Origin: the human T2T-CHM13v2.0 reference genome, Homo sapiens
Reading direction: 5' to 3' (one strand)
Length of the DNA stretch: 64,000 nt
NCBI RefSeq assembly: GCF_009914755.1
Contig: NC_060927.1
A program made the translations under genes and the position numbers. Shown here in pieces: positions 13,746 to 27,560 of the stretch (the first letter of the stretch is position 1; every line of letters starts with the position of its first letter). The notes beneath the pieces were generated by a model that ran no database searches, was not told where the DNA came from, and saw only the letters and a program-made list of their open reading frames with translations.

Positions 13746-13954
13746 CTCCCTGTTTCTACATCTAGACCCTCACTTGCTATACTGCCAGCTCCTCCCATCA
13801 AAAAAAAAAAAAAAAACTAAATGACCTATGCACATATTTTTCCACTCCTTTTTCCTACATCTCATTCATCATCAGAGTTATGTGGTCTTTTTTGTTAACT
13901 ATTTTTAATTTAGTTATATAAATATTATAAATACTCTGTATATACAAAATAGAT

Positions 13955-15550
13955 CAGCAATTCTCAAATCTTTTGGTTTTAGGACCGCTTTACACTCTTG
14001 AAAATGATCAAAGATCCCAGAGTTTTTGTTATCTGGTTTATATCTATTGGTATTGGCCATATTGGAAGTTAAAATAGGCAATTTTTAAAATGTATATTTT
14101 CATTAAAAAATCACATTTTCAAAAACAAAAAATTTAGTGAGAAGACTGGCATTCCTCTATATTTTTGCAAATTTCTTTAGTAACTTGTTAATAGATGACA
14201 TCTATATTCTCATATGTTTCTGTATTTGATCTGTTAAATCTGGCCTCATAAAGATTTGAAGTTAGAAAAGGGAAGACTATTTTCAAAATAGCCTTGATAA
14301 TTGTGAATATTCTTCTTGGACGCTACACCAAAACTCAACAAGTAGTTTCTCAAAGGTTAGTTGTGATATGTGACTTTAATTAACTTTGTATCCTATTACA
14401 TTAAAATCCACTGGTCTGTCTTGCACTTTGATTAAATCTTTTACCTATGCATGACTTTGAAATATTAAGCATTAGTCATTTGGAAAAATATGGGTTTACT
14501 GTGTTAGGCATATCTTCCAAAGTTTGATGCATTTCATTATATAATATAAAAAACATTGCATTCACTATTTTCACCACTGATCTCATCAGAAAAGTCTTTT
14601 AAGTATTGGGAAACTTTCAAGTTCACAGTGGCAGATAATAGATTTTCCAAAACTCCAATTTTCATTTGCAAGCTCAAATTGTATCACTGGCAGCAAATAC
14701 TAGCATCAGTAGTTTTGCTTGAAATGAAAGGCTCACTTCATTCATTTTCTGGATAATGTCTACCAAACAGCCCCAAACAAATAATCATAGATTGTTCATT
14801 AGTTGTTACTTCAAGTAAAAATGGTTCCACAAAAAAAAAAAAAAAAAAAAAAAAGTGGTTAGTTTGGCACATAGGCAAATAACACAAGGTTTTTTTTTCT
14901 TAAGATAACCACTGAATTTCTGTATTTCAATCAGCAGCATAAGTGCCAAGCCAATGAATCCTTCCCATTTAGCCAGAGAGAAACTTAAGAAGATGTGTAC
15001 TCAGGATTGAGATTTAATAAAATTAATAATTTCTACTGCTTCATCAGGTTAATTCAGTGGTTTCCAGGGGGAGGCAGTGGGGAAAAGAAAGGGAGAGGAG
15101 TGATTTTTTTCCTCCCCAGAGGGCATTTGGAGAATGTCTGGAGACATTTTTGTCACGACTAGGAGAATGGGAGGGCTAGTGGTATCTGGTGGGTAGAGGC
15201 CAAACACCCCACAATGCACAAGACAACCACACAACCGAGAGTTGTTTGGTCCAAAATGTCAATATTGCCAAGGCTGAGAAACACTGACTTAGGAGAAACT
15301 GGCTCTTTTTTTCTTGTCCTGCAAACGTGTGGTGGTAAAGAATATGACTACGAGTACAGTGTGGTGCCACTGTCTTGTCTTGGTTTGTGCCTAGGCACTT
15401 GCAGTTTAAACCACCATTGCTTTGTTCTATTAATGCAAATGTCAACACAGTGAAAATGGTAAATAATGTCTTAGTATTATTGTAAAAATAGCTTTGACCT
15501 TACAGATTCCCTGAAAAGGTCTTGGTGTCCATGGACCATGCTGAGTATTG
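13955..15550. mobile_element. Charlie1a-like hAT DNA transposon, interrupted by MER20
   Basis: Starts CAGcaattctcaaa..ggaccgctttacactctt; internal atttagtgagaagactggcatt; ends gctttgacctt..ccctgaaaaggtct..gtccatggacca. Confidence 0.75.
15055..15286 (+). mobile_element. MER20 nested in Charlie1a
   Basis: CAGTGGTTT..gtctggagacattttt..gtgggtagaggcca..aatgtcaatattgccaaggctgagaaacaCTG. Confidence 0.85.
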
Positions 15551-15563
15551 ATGAACTCAGGAT

Positions 15564-15722
15564 CAGGAGTCAAATAAATATTTTCTCTAAAGGAACAGAC
15601 AGTAAATATTTCCAGTTTAGTGGGTCAGATGGTCTCTTGTTGTGGGAAAAGAGCTAAAAGCAATAAGTAAATTAGTGGATGTGGCTGGATTTGGCCCACA
15701 GGCAGTAATTTGTTGACCCCTG
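15564..15722 (+). mobile_element. MER58A (hAT-Charlie)
   Basis: CAGG..taaagg..cagacagtaaatattt..ggctggatttggcccacaggc..tttgttgacccCTG. Confidence 0.75.
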
Positions 15723-15899
15723 AACTAGATTATATGTTTGCAAAATTGCATTGGCCATTTTTTTCACTTTTTATTATTTTGTTTTTTTAATACTACTACT
15801 CCAGTTTCATAAAGGTGCTCTGCTATCCTTTGTCAGAAAAACAGAACACAACTCAGAAAATGGCCAAACATGAAAATGTGGGGGTCTGGATAATAACAA

Positions 15900-16130
15900 T
15901 AGTTTCCATTCACTAAGCATCCACTGTATGTCTGGTACTTGACATATGCATTTTAACTTAATCTTCACAATGACCTTGCAAAATGAGTATCTAGATGAGG
16001 ATATTGATGTAAAGAGGGATAGTAACTTCACTAAAGTTGCACAGGTATAATATAGCTATAAGTGGCAGAGCCAATATTAAATCAAGATTCATCTGATTCC
16101 AGAGTTTGAATGTTTCCACATCACTAGGGC
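15900..16130 (-). mobile_element. MIR
   Basis: aatcttcacaatgaccttgcaa..agatgaggata..aagtggcagagcc..ctgattccagag. Confidence 0.65.
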
Positions 16131-16282
16131 TGATAAAAACCATTTAGGGCAGCTCTGTAGGCTGCAGCCCTCCTTTCTGTACTCCACCTGTGGTAGACGT
16201 CACCAGCTGATGATAGCATTCTTTCTTCCCTGCTGAACCCAGAAGTTTCCTGATGTTCTTTCTCAGTGCTGTCCTCCTTGTG

Positions 16283-16467
16283 AGTGGTTCTCAGCACTGG
16301 CTGCACATTAGAATCCCCTGGAAAGCTGTTAAAACTATTCTAATGCCACGTAAATCTCTCCTGCTTCCCAATTCCTGTTCAATTTTATTGAAATGGGTGG
16401 AGCTCAGGCATAGGAATTTTTAAACCCCTTGGATGATTCAGATGTGCAGCCAAAGGAGAATCACTGG
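16283..16467 (+). mobile_element. MER5B-like MITE
   Basis: agtggttctc..ggctgcacattagaatcccctgg..gattcagatgtgcagcca..gagaatcactg. Confidence 0.7.
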
Positions 16468-16989
16468 TCTATGTGGAGTCCTAAATCTCTGAGAATTTGA
16501 GAATTTGCTGATGTAGGAAATGTGGATTTGGCCCTATAATCCACATTTTTCTCTCCCCTGTCTTTTATCACTTTACAAATGTAAAAAAATAATAATATAT
16601 TAGTTGCCTGAATGAAAATATTGCATTTCCCGGGCATTTGTATTTTACACCATTTGATTTAAACACAATCTTTCTTCATAGTTCAACTCTTTGAAGTCTC
16701 TACACACATCAAAGATACACTTGCAAGGGCCATTAGAAATGTAAAGCAAATGAGTTTTTTGTTAATGTTCTCTCAATGGAACTTTGCCAGAGTGACTCCA
16801 GGCTTTTCTTAGGAGCCTTCAAAAGCCTGAGTGTGGCCAGTGATGCTTAACTGCCTGGGGGCGTATTTATTCCATGAGAGTCTCTTTCTTAATTGAAGAG
16901 ACTTAGCTCCAGACCAAGAGTTGAAGGGTTTGTACTAGACTCTCCTCCCACCCCAATGCTTCTTTGGCTGTGAGAAACTCTGGTACTGG

Positions 16990-17099
16990 GGGAGCAATTC
17001 TTTGCCCCAAGATTTTCCCAGTTTTAGAACTGCAAGCCTCTTGTCCCTTGTCCTGGGAAACTCCTTAATCATGGGCAAATCAGGACAGTTGACCACCCT
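16990..17099. mobile_element. MER94-like hAT-Blackjack fragment
   Basis: gtcctgggaaac..gggcaaatcaggacagttgaccaccct terminal motif. Confidence 0.55.
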
Positions 17100-17212
17100 C
17101 CTCTGGAGAATGTAGGCAGGTAGAAAATTCAACTCAGAGGACTCTGTTCAATAGACTCATATTGCAGGTGAATATGATGATATATCACTCTATATGCTTC
17201 CCTATACAGATA

Positions 17213-17530
17213 CAGTTGGCCCTCCATATTGGAGGGTTCTACATCCACAAATACAACCAATTGCAGGTCAAAATATTTGGAAAAAATAGAAAACAATATA
17301 ACGATAAAAATAATACAAATAGAAACACAGAATAACAACTATTTACATAGCATTTACATTGTATTAGGTATTATAAGTAATCTAGAGATGATTTAAAGCA
17401 CACAGGAAGATGTGCATATGTTGTATGCAAGTCCTGTGCCACTTTATATAAGTGATTTGAGTATCCTTGGATTTTGGTATCCACGGGGGTTCTGGAACCA
17501 ATTTTCCTCAGATATTGAGGGATGACCATA
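17213..17530. mobile_element. Tigger3a/MER7A-like TcMar element
   Basis: TA|CAGTTGGCCCTCC start; catttacattgtattaggtattataagtaatctagagatgatttaaag core; ..tgagggatgac end. Confidence 0.85.
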
Positions 17531-17534
17531 TATA

Positions 17535-18170
17535 ATATGTTGATTCTTGTTATTTGGGAATAACAAGTAGCTATGTTCCATAAAATTACAACCCTGAATT
17601 AGACAATACTGAAGTATTGCTTCTAGAGGAAATTCAGGGTTAGTTTCCTGCAAGCCTCTGGTTACATTTTTGTTAACTGATTCATACATAACATTGTTAT
17701 ATGTGTGTTTCTGTTTAAAGCTATTTAATATATACTGTTGATTCATTAAATTTGAACCCATGGCCAACAGCAAGGTAATTTATGCCTGAACAAAACTTAT
17801 CCAACATATGTATTTTCTCCATGAGGCATATCACAGTCTTCTTGTGGTTAGGAACACTAGAGAGCACTTTAGTACTATACTTGGGGGACACTTTAAACAG
17901 TGAAATCACCAAAAACAAACAAAAAAAAGCATGAAGATAAGAAAAATGTGGCAATAAAGAGGCCATGAAAAGAATAGATACTTGTTTACAGTATGAGAGC
18001 TGAACCAAGACAGCAGGGCATCACTTTGTTCAACCTCAGCTGGGGACAACTGAAGTTTTTTGCTACTCTGTGCACATCTGTGAATGACTTTGTAACCCCA
18101 AATCAATACTATAGTGCTTTCAAAGACATTTTTAGCAAGTAGGTAAATTTGAAAATATAAAATCACAGAG
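17535..18170. mobile_element. MER82-like TcMar-Tigger element
   Basis: ggaacactaga..cacttt..acttgtttacagtatgagagctgaa..ttcaacctcagctggg. Confidence 0.75.
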
Positions 18171-18208
18171 CTGGATGGATGGATAGGTAAATAGATGGAT
18201 AGGTAAGC

Positions 18209-18260
<52 letters not shown>
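18209..18260. repeat. (AGAT)13 tetranucleotide STR with degenerate GGAT/AGGT flank from about 18172
   Basis: Direct reading. Confidence 0.97.
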
Positions 18261-18263
<3 letters not shown>

Positions 18264-19294
18264 AATGCGTACATAGATGGACCAATCCATTGATGGATTT
18301 CAGATCTTTGTGGATCTTCTGTAAAAGGAAAAAGATTTTCCAAAGCATTAGGGGATGAATTTCTATGAAACTCCTTGCAGTCATGCCCAGAGAGATGCAA
18401 GATCAGCTTTACTGAGGTCAGCTGAAATTTTATTTGATTTTAGGTCTTCAGCATATTTTCCAGTTTATCTTCCCTTCTACTTGGCTACCATGGGCAGATT
18501 TTCTTATTGCCTTTGCACTAATTGGGCTTTTCTTTCATTAGCAAATTACTAATCATCCTAATCCATGTGAGCATTGTTTTCCATCCACATATTAATTCTT
18601 CTCTCCATTACATATTGTTTTATAAATGTGACCCAACTCAGGTGTGCAGATTGAAGACTGGGGACAGTCATTTGCTTTTCACTTGCAACCTGGTTGTTTA
18701 TAGAAGAATATGAAAAGTGTGGGTAGCACTGGCATATGCTGAAATACTTTTACTTTCTTGGTTCTCACAATAAAAGACAAAAAAAGTTTGAACAATGTAA
18801 TTTTTAAAAAGAAAAGATCCATTTGGTTTGGGACAATGAGTTAGGGTTACGATTATAATTCCAATCCCATAGAATGAGAATCCAATCCCAATCTCATAGA
18901 ATGAGAATTGTAATTTTAAGAAAGTCAAAGGAGGAACTTTTCTACTAATCCTTTTTCAAATGGATCCTGATGTGCTTGGTAAGACATTTATTAAGTAGTG
19001 TTAAGTGGAGATATTGAAACTTGTTTTATTTTTGGAGTTGGTTATGAATTGGTTATTTGTGACCATTTTTTAAAAAACACCTCATTTTGTTTTGTTTTGT
19101 TTTGTTTTCTAAGATGGCAGATTAGAGGATTTTCAGAGTGCCTCAGCCATTTGGAAATAGCAAGATAGTACATAAAGATCAGCTCTGTGAGCTTTAATTC
19201 AAGAAGGAGAATGGGACTCCACCAGAATCATGAAGGATACCCCAGATCCTGGAGAGGAAAATGCTGGAATAAAGCCCCCATGACAGCATCTGGC

Positions 19295-19858
19295 TGATAA
19301 AAGCTGAAACATGTTTCTGGCCAGCCCACCAAGCTGTGGGTGGTGACCTGTTCCCATTTGCCAGACTAGGGGAAAAGAGCTGCGACCCTTCTGGAGGCCC
19401 AGACCTCAGGACTCCCTGAGCCAGAGCTGTGACACGCTGTAACATCCCCTCGGGGCTCCATGGTTGCTGGCATCTCCAAGTTTTTGGGCACCACCACATT
19501 CCTCTTGTCCAGATGCCAGCGCCCAAAGCGGAAGCTGCTTGAGGCATGCCTGGTCCAGCCACAGCCTTGCATGGAGCTTGCAACTCTGCTGATGCCTGGA
19601 GCTGCCTGCCACAGCAGCTGGTGCACCTGGCTTGCTGCGGCCAGATCTTGTACTTTGTCACTCACACACCCCTTGCCGTTCCACGCCTGTCTCACCTGTG
19701 GTGGGCATGGGGTCTGGGCCAGTAGTGTGAGTCAAGCACAGCCTGCCAGGCTGAGTGGGCAGAGCCAGCCCAATGGTCACAAGGAAAACTTGGGCAGAGG
19801 TGCCACTGGCCATAGAGGTTTCCAGCTGCCAAAGCAGCACCAAAAGAATCCTGTGTCA
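19295..19858 (+). mobile_element. MER52-family (ERV1) LTR, 3' part
   Basis: gctgcgacccttc..cccagacct..cactcacacacccct..gaggtttccagctg..aatcctgtgtCA. Confidence 0.8.
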
Positions 19859-20816
19859 TCAGTACATGAGAGGCAGAGAGCCTCCTTTGTGACTCATTTT
19901 TCCACTGGGGATCCAAGCCACCCAAGCTGAGGGAGAGCAGTTTGTTTCTTTCAAGCCCTAGAGCTAACTTGGGGAGAGGCTCTTGGAGATATTCTGAGGG
20001 AAAGACAATGGGAAAAACTGCACTTTCCCAGACCTGGGACTGATGGCGGGATGCCATTTTTAATCCAGGTACATATAAAGTCAGCCATTACCAGCGGCAT
20101 GGCTGCACAGACACTGTGCAGTCCAAAGACTCAGGTCAGAGTCTTTGGGAAATATGGGATTATGTAAAGTGACATACCAATCAGACATTCCTGATAAAGA
20201 AGGAGAAAAAGTAAAACACCTGGAAAATATATTTGAGGGAATAATTCACAAAAACTTTCCTAATCTTGCTAGAGAGGTAGGCATCTACACATAAGAAATC
20301 CAGAGAATGCCTGTGAGATACCATACAAAATGAACATCACCAAGGAATGTAACTACCAGATTGTCCAAAGTCAATGCTAAAGAGAAAAATCTTAAAGGCA
20401 GCTAGAGAAAAAGGGCAGGTCACATACAAAGGCAATCCCATCACGCTAACAGACTTCTTAACAGAAACAAGCAAGGAGAGATTGGGGGCCTATTTTAGCA
20501 CTCTTAAAGAAAAGAAATTTCAACCAAGAATTTCATACCCCGCCATACTAAAGCTTCATAAATGAAGGAGAAATAAAATATTGTCCAGACAAGGAAGCTG
20601 TAAGAGAATTTGTTAACACTAGATCAGCCTTAGAAGAGATCCTTAAGGGAGTTCTAAACATGAAATGAAAGAATGATACCTGCTAAATAATAAAACAAAA
20701 ACACACTTAAGTACATAGCCTGCAACCACACAATAGAAACAACAAAGCAACCAGCTAACAACTTCATGATAGTATCAAAACCTCATATATCAATATCAAC
20801 CTTGAATGTAAATGGT

Positions 20817-21073
20817 TGTATTAGTCCATTTTCACAATCATGGCAGAAGGAGCAAGTCATGTCTTACATGGATGGCAGCAGGCAAAGAGAGAGCACGTAT
20901 GTAGGGGAATTCCTCTTTTTAAAACCATCAGATCTCATAAGACTTATTCACTATCACGAGAACAGCATGGGAAAGATATGCCCCCATGATTCAATTACCT
21001 CCCACCGGGTCCCTCCCACCACATGTGGGAATTCAATATAAGATTTCAGCGGTGACATAGCCAAACTATATCA
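20817..21073 (-). mobile_element. THE1 solo LTR with internal deletion
   Basis: tgtattagtcc..ccaaactatatca; TSD ATGGT (20812-20816 / 21074-21078); only 257 bp. Confidence 0.88.
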
Positions 21074-21084
21074 ATGGTCTACAT

Positions 21085-21307
21085 CAGGGGTGTACAATCA
21101 TTTGGCTTCCCTGGGCCACATCGGAAGAAGAAGAATTGTCTTGGGCCACACACAAACTATGCTAACACTAATAATAGCTGATGATCTAAAAAAAAAATCA
21201 CAAAATATCTCATAATGTTTTAAGAAAGTTTATGAATTTGTGTTGGGCTGCATTCAAAGCTGTCCTGGGCCTCATGTGGCCTACAGGTTGTGGATTGGAC
21301 AAGCTTG
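21085..21307 (+). mobile_element. MER30 (hAT-Charlie)
   Basis: CAGGGGTGT..ttggcttccctgggccacat..ttggacaagcttG; 8-bp TSD GTCTA(C/A)AT. Confidence 0.9.
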
Positions 21308-21394
21308 GTCTAAATGGTGCATTTAAAAGGCACAGCATCTTATTTAACCACTTTGAGCCTAAGCTTCATCTGTAGATTGGAGCTAACAGTTCGG

Positions 21395-21925
21395 CGGCAG
21401 ATACTTTTGATTGCCTATCACTAATTGTATCTCACCCTATCCCCTTCTTTCTTATTGGTATAACCCCCAGCCTGCTATAAAGTGAAAATAGCTATTCTAT
21501 TTCTCAGGCTCCTTTTAAACTAGGGCATGGGTATGTGATTTAATCCTGGGCAACTGGACCTGATGTGAAGTTTTCTGGGGTAGAAGACTACTGAAAAATG
21601 TTTTCCTCCCAGATAAAAAGAGATGGAAGAACACATTCCTGTTCCTTAACCAGACATTGTTGTACCTATATGCACTACCTGGATCTGGGCAGTTATCTTT
21701 GCAAGTGTGAGGGTATGTTTATGGGACCAATTCAAATATAATGATGATGGTAGAGAGAGAATAGAAAGAAGCTTATCAAGAGTTCTTGATGATGTTGTGG
21801 AACTTCTGAACAAACCTGGGACCCACCCTGTTTTCCAGGCTTCTTGTTATAGGAGATAATAAATATTTTTCTTCTGAATCAGCTTTAGTTGCAAATGCTA
21901 TTACCAAATTCATCTTAGCTGACAC
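21395..21925 (+). mobile_element. Old ERVL/MaLR LTR (MLT1/LTR33-like) splitting a MIR (about 21340-21390 and 21930-22030)
   Basis: LTR-like aataaa..ctgacaca 3' end; MIR halves on either side. Confidence 0.55.
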
Positions 21926-22904
21926 AACTTCTTCATGATGTTGTGAGGAACAATGAAAAAATAATTGTAAAGTATCTAGCATAGAGTAGGTGACAAAACA
22001 ATGCTATCAATGAATTGTTATTATTAGTATTATTTTTAGTATGATCTGATGATGCCAGAAATATCAATGAATTTAAAAATAAGTTACTTAGTACAGCCTG
22101 AATGTTTTATTATAAAGATTACTGTTTTCAATATCAGGTATACTATTTGGCACATAGCAAATATTCAATGATTGTATTTTTCTTTGACATTATGGAATAT
22201 ATGCTACATACGAAATAATATATATAAATATATGTAATGTAACAGGAAATTATCAATAACATTGGCAGCATCTGTGAGCCCCTTCCTACCCCATCTCTCT
22301 TTCTTCTTCATACTTCCCTTGCAGAGAAACCAATATCAGGTTTTAAAAGCCATTTTTAACCAGCGGTCATCACTCTGGAGGAGGTAAATTTCTATATACT
22401 GCAGGTATATGATTGTTTTTCCTATTCTATTGGAAGACTTTTGTTACCTCCGGTTTTGTTGTTTGTTCAGAGCTTGAGATATTAAGCCTTAAAATAAAAT
22501 CTCAAATACTCTCATTGGCTGGTGGGTTTAGAGCCACTTTAGAAAATCCAGAACCACAACTGAGACAAAGCTACTAAAACCCTGCTAGCACCACCTTTCT
22601 GTTAGATTCAGCTGATCTGTCTGAGTGATGGGTTAAGTTTCTCCATCCCAGAGATATTATCCGGCATTTGGGTTTCAAGAGGCTTTCTTACTGCATGCAA
22701 AGTAGAATTGATGGGTAAGGGACTAGCAAGGAAAGTGTCGACTGTTCAAAATGTCAATACATGTGAAAGATTTTCTTTGGATAAACATTAATATGGCAAA
22801 TTTTACCTTCGAGGAATGAAAAGGTAGTAGTACCATGTAAAGCCTTCCTAGCTGTGCCTTATTTGTCTGAGAAGGCAAGTGCAATAATATAGTTGTTTAT
22901 AAAG

Positions 22905-23040
22905 TGGGTTCAGAAGCTTTTTCCTAAGTTTGAATCTGGCACTGTAGCTAACCAGACATGGACCTTGGGCAAGTTATTTAACCTTGCATGGCTCAGTTTA
23001 TTAAAAGGGGTTAATCACAGTATCTGTCTCATAGAGGAGT
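22905..23040 (+). mobile_element. MIR left part (continues at about 27561-27650)
   Basis: gaccttgggcaagttatttaacct..ctcagttt; right part ttgtgag..tgcctggcataca..ttagttattatt. Confidence 0.7.
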
Positions 23041-23042
23041 CA

Positions 23043-23308
23043 TGTGTTAGTCCATTCTTGCATTGCTATAAAGAATACTCGAGACTGGGTAATTTATAAG
23101 AGGTTTAATTGGTTCATGGTTCTGCAGGCTGTTCATGAAGCATAGTTCTGCAATCTGCTTCTGTGGGAAGCCTCAGGGAGCTTTACTCATGGCAGAAGGC
23201 AAAGCAGGAGTAGGCAGATCACATGGTGAATGCAGAACAAGGGTGGGAAGGTGCCACACACTTAAACAACCAGATCTCATGAGAACTTACTATCTTGAGA
23301 GCAGCATA
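23043..23308 (-). mobile_element. MSTB-like MaLR LTR, partial
   Basis: tgtgttagtccattcttgcattgctataaag..ggttctgcaggctg..aaacaaccagatctcatgagaact. Confidence 0.8.
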
Positions 23309-24275
23309 CCTCACTCTGAAACTAAGACCTCTAAGCCAGCAGAACATAATGTCATGGGAATATGAAGCAAAAATGTTGCTAGTGGCTCACTAGGGGTAAT
23401 TGTGAGTGGTGTCCCTTCTACTTTCACCCATTGATTCCTGGACCTATGAATCCTACCTATGGGAGAAACAGTACCATATACTAGATGCTGATTCAGAGCA
23501 TATACAGCCTTCTGGGGAACTTTTCCCTAGCCCTGCAAAGTATTGTCACCTGGTTGGCATTGTAATTATGACTTCAAATAGCCATTCTATTGTTCTCTCA
23601 AGCCAGCTGCTTCAGGATCAAGGGGAGCATGGTAAGACCAGTGAACGCCATGATCACGAATGCATTGCCGCATTTCTGTCTGTAGAGTGAGTTCCTTGGT
23701 CAAAAGCAATGCTATGTGTAATACCATGGCAGTCGACAAGGCAGTTCTGCAAGTCCATGGATGGTACTCTTGGCAGAAGAATTGCATGTAGGAAAGGCAA
23801 ATCCATATCCTGAGTAAGAATATTCCAGTAAGAACAAATCCTGTCCCTTCCATAATGGAAGTGGTCCAATGTAATCAACCTGCCACAGGTAGCTGGCTGA
23901 ACACCCCAAGGAACAGTGCCATATAGAGGGCTCATTGCTGGTCTCTGCTGCTGGCAGACAGGGCAGTCAGCGATGGCAGTAGCCAGATCAGCCTTTGTGA
24001 GTGGACGTCCATGTTGCTGAGCCCATGAATAACCTCCTTCTCTGACACCATGGCAACTGTGTTCATAAGTCCATTGTGTGATGACAGGAGTGGTTGGGGA
24101 AAGAGCCTGAATGGTGTCAACAGAGTGGGTCATCATATCCACTTGATTATTAAAATCCTCCTCTCCAAGGTCATCCTTTGCTGAGTGTACACAGGGGACA
24201 CAAATATCTTCAGTTTTTGGCCACTCAGGTCCATCCACATATCTCTTCCCAAAAATTTCTTTGTCACCAATTTTC

Positions 24276-24479
24276 TTTTTTTTTAACTTTTATTTTAGGT
24301 TTGGGGGTGCAAGTGAAGGTTTGTCACATAGGTAAACACATATCATGAGGGTTTGTTGTACATATTATTTCATCACCCAGGTATTAAGCCCAGTACCCAA
24401 TAGTTATCTTTTCTGCTCCTCTCCCTCTTCCCACCCTCCCGCCTCAAGTAGACTCCAGTGTTTGTTGTTTCCTTCTCTG
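24276..24479 (-). mobile_element. Short L1PA (L1PA13-like) 3' end
   Basis: Poly-T, then ttttaggtttgggggt..tatttcatcacccaggtattaagc; flanked by TGTCACCAATTTTC. Confidence 0.85.
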
Positions 24480-24494
24480 TGTCACCAATTTTCT

Positions 24495-26299
<1,805 letters not shown>

Positions 26300-26921
26300 C
26301 TGTGTCATCAATTTTCTAATCATATTCCTTCCAAGTCCCTGATCATCCAGCCAAACCATTGGCTACAGCCCATGTATATACCTGCATGTCTGGCTACATC
26401 TTCTTCTAAGCAGAGCGCACAACCACATGCATTGCTTGAAGTTCTCCCCACTGGGAAGATTTTCCTTTACCACTGTCCTTCAGGCATGTCCCAGAGAGGT
26501 CCTATAGTGCTGCAGCTGTCTACTTTTGGTTGGTGCCACATATCATGCAGAGCCATTTGTAAACCATGCCCTCGTCTCTTCCTCTGTCAACCAATCACAG
26601 GAAACTCCCCATAAGGCCATAGGTACAGGCTGGGAGACAGAAGGCAGGGTAGCAGGAGTGGAGACCATGGGCATTTAAGCTACTTCTTCATGTAACTTAT
26701 TTGTGTTCTCACAACCTGCTCAACCCTGATCACGTACATACCACTTCTCTTTGATGATGGAATACTGCAGTGCACACCCAATTTTGTCTTGATGGGTCAG
26801 AAAGCACCCAGTTCATGATAGCCAGTTCAGGTCACATACAAATTTGGTGATCTGTAGTCAAATATTCAGTTTCTACCAAGGCCCAGTAGCAGGCCAAAGC
26901 TGTCTCTCAAAAGGAGTTGTC

Positions 26922-27221
<300 letters not shown>

Positions 27222-27489
27222 TTATCTGCAGAAGATGATAGAGCCTTGCTCTAGAATCCTAAAGGGCGGGCTCAACTATGATTCACCTATGAGGACCTCC
27301 CAAAGGCTCCCGACAGCATCCCTATTTGCCACTGATACCTCACGCACCACTAGATCTGCTGAGTCATATGGCCCCAGAGGTACAGCAGCTTGCACAGTAG
27401 TTTAGACCTGTTGCAGAGACTTCTGGTCTGGGCCCCACTCAAAACTAGATGCCTTTCAGGTCACTCAACAAATGGGCCAGCACACCCCA

Positions 27490-27560
27490 AAACAATACTT
27501 TACCAGCCATCTAGGCATCCCTCAATCCAGTCAAGTTGACACCTAATACTGACCATCATA
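27490..27560 (-). mobile_element. MLT2B-like LTR 5' end
   Basis: ccatctaggcatccctcaatccagtcaagttgacacctaat..accatca. Confidence 0.75.

Larger units (their letters stand above)
19110..21335 (+). mobile_element. Old primate L1 5' portion (5'UTR, deleted ORF1, first codons of ORF2), interrupted by MER52, THE1 and MER30
   Basis: aagatggcagattagag 5' end; ORF1 C-terminal remnant KILKAAREKGQVTYKGNPI (20374..); ORF2 start PHISISTLNVNG (20766..). Confidence 0.85.

Noticed and set aside
19194-20057. Cluster of overlapping 100-156 aa ORFs on both strands
   Set aside because: GC-rich MER52 LTR and L1 5'UTR have few stop codons; no splice or homology support
23654-24238. 194-aa ORF with an integrase zinc-finger motif as a possible domesticated gene
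   Set aside because: The catalytic-core motif WQVDYIGPLP is in another frame, and pol is broken by L1 and Alu insertions; a decayed ERVL
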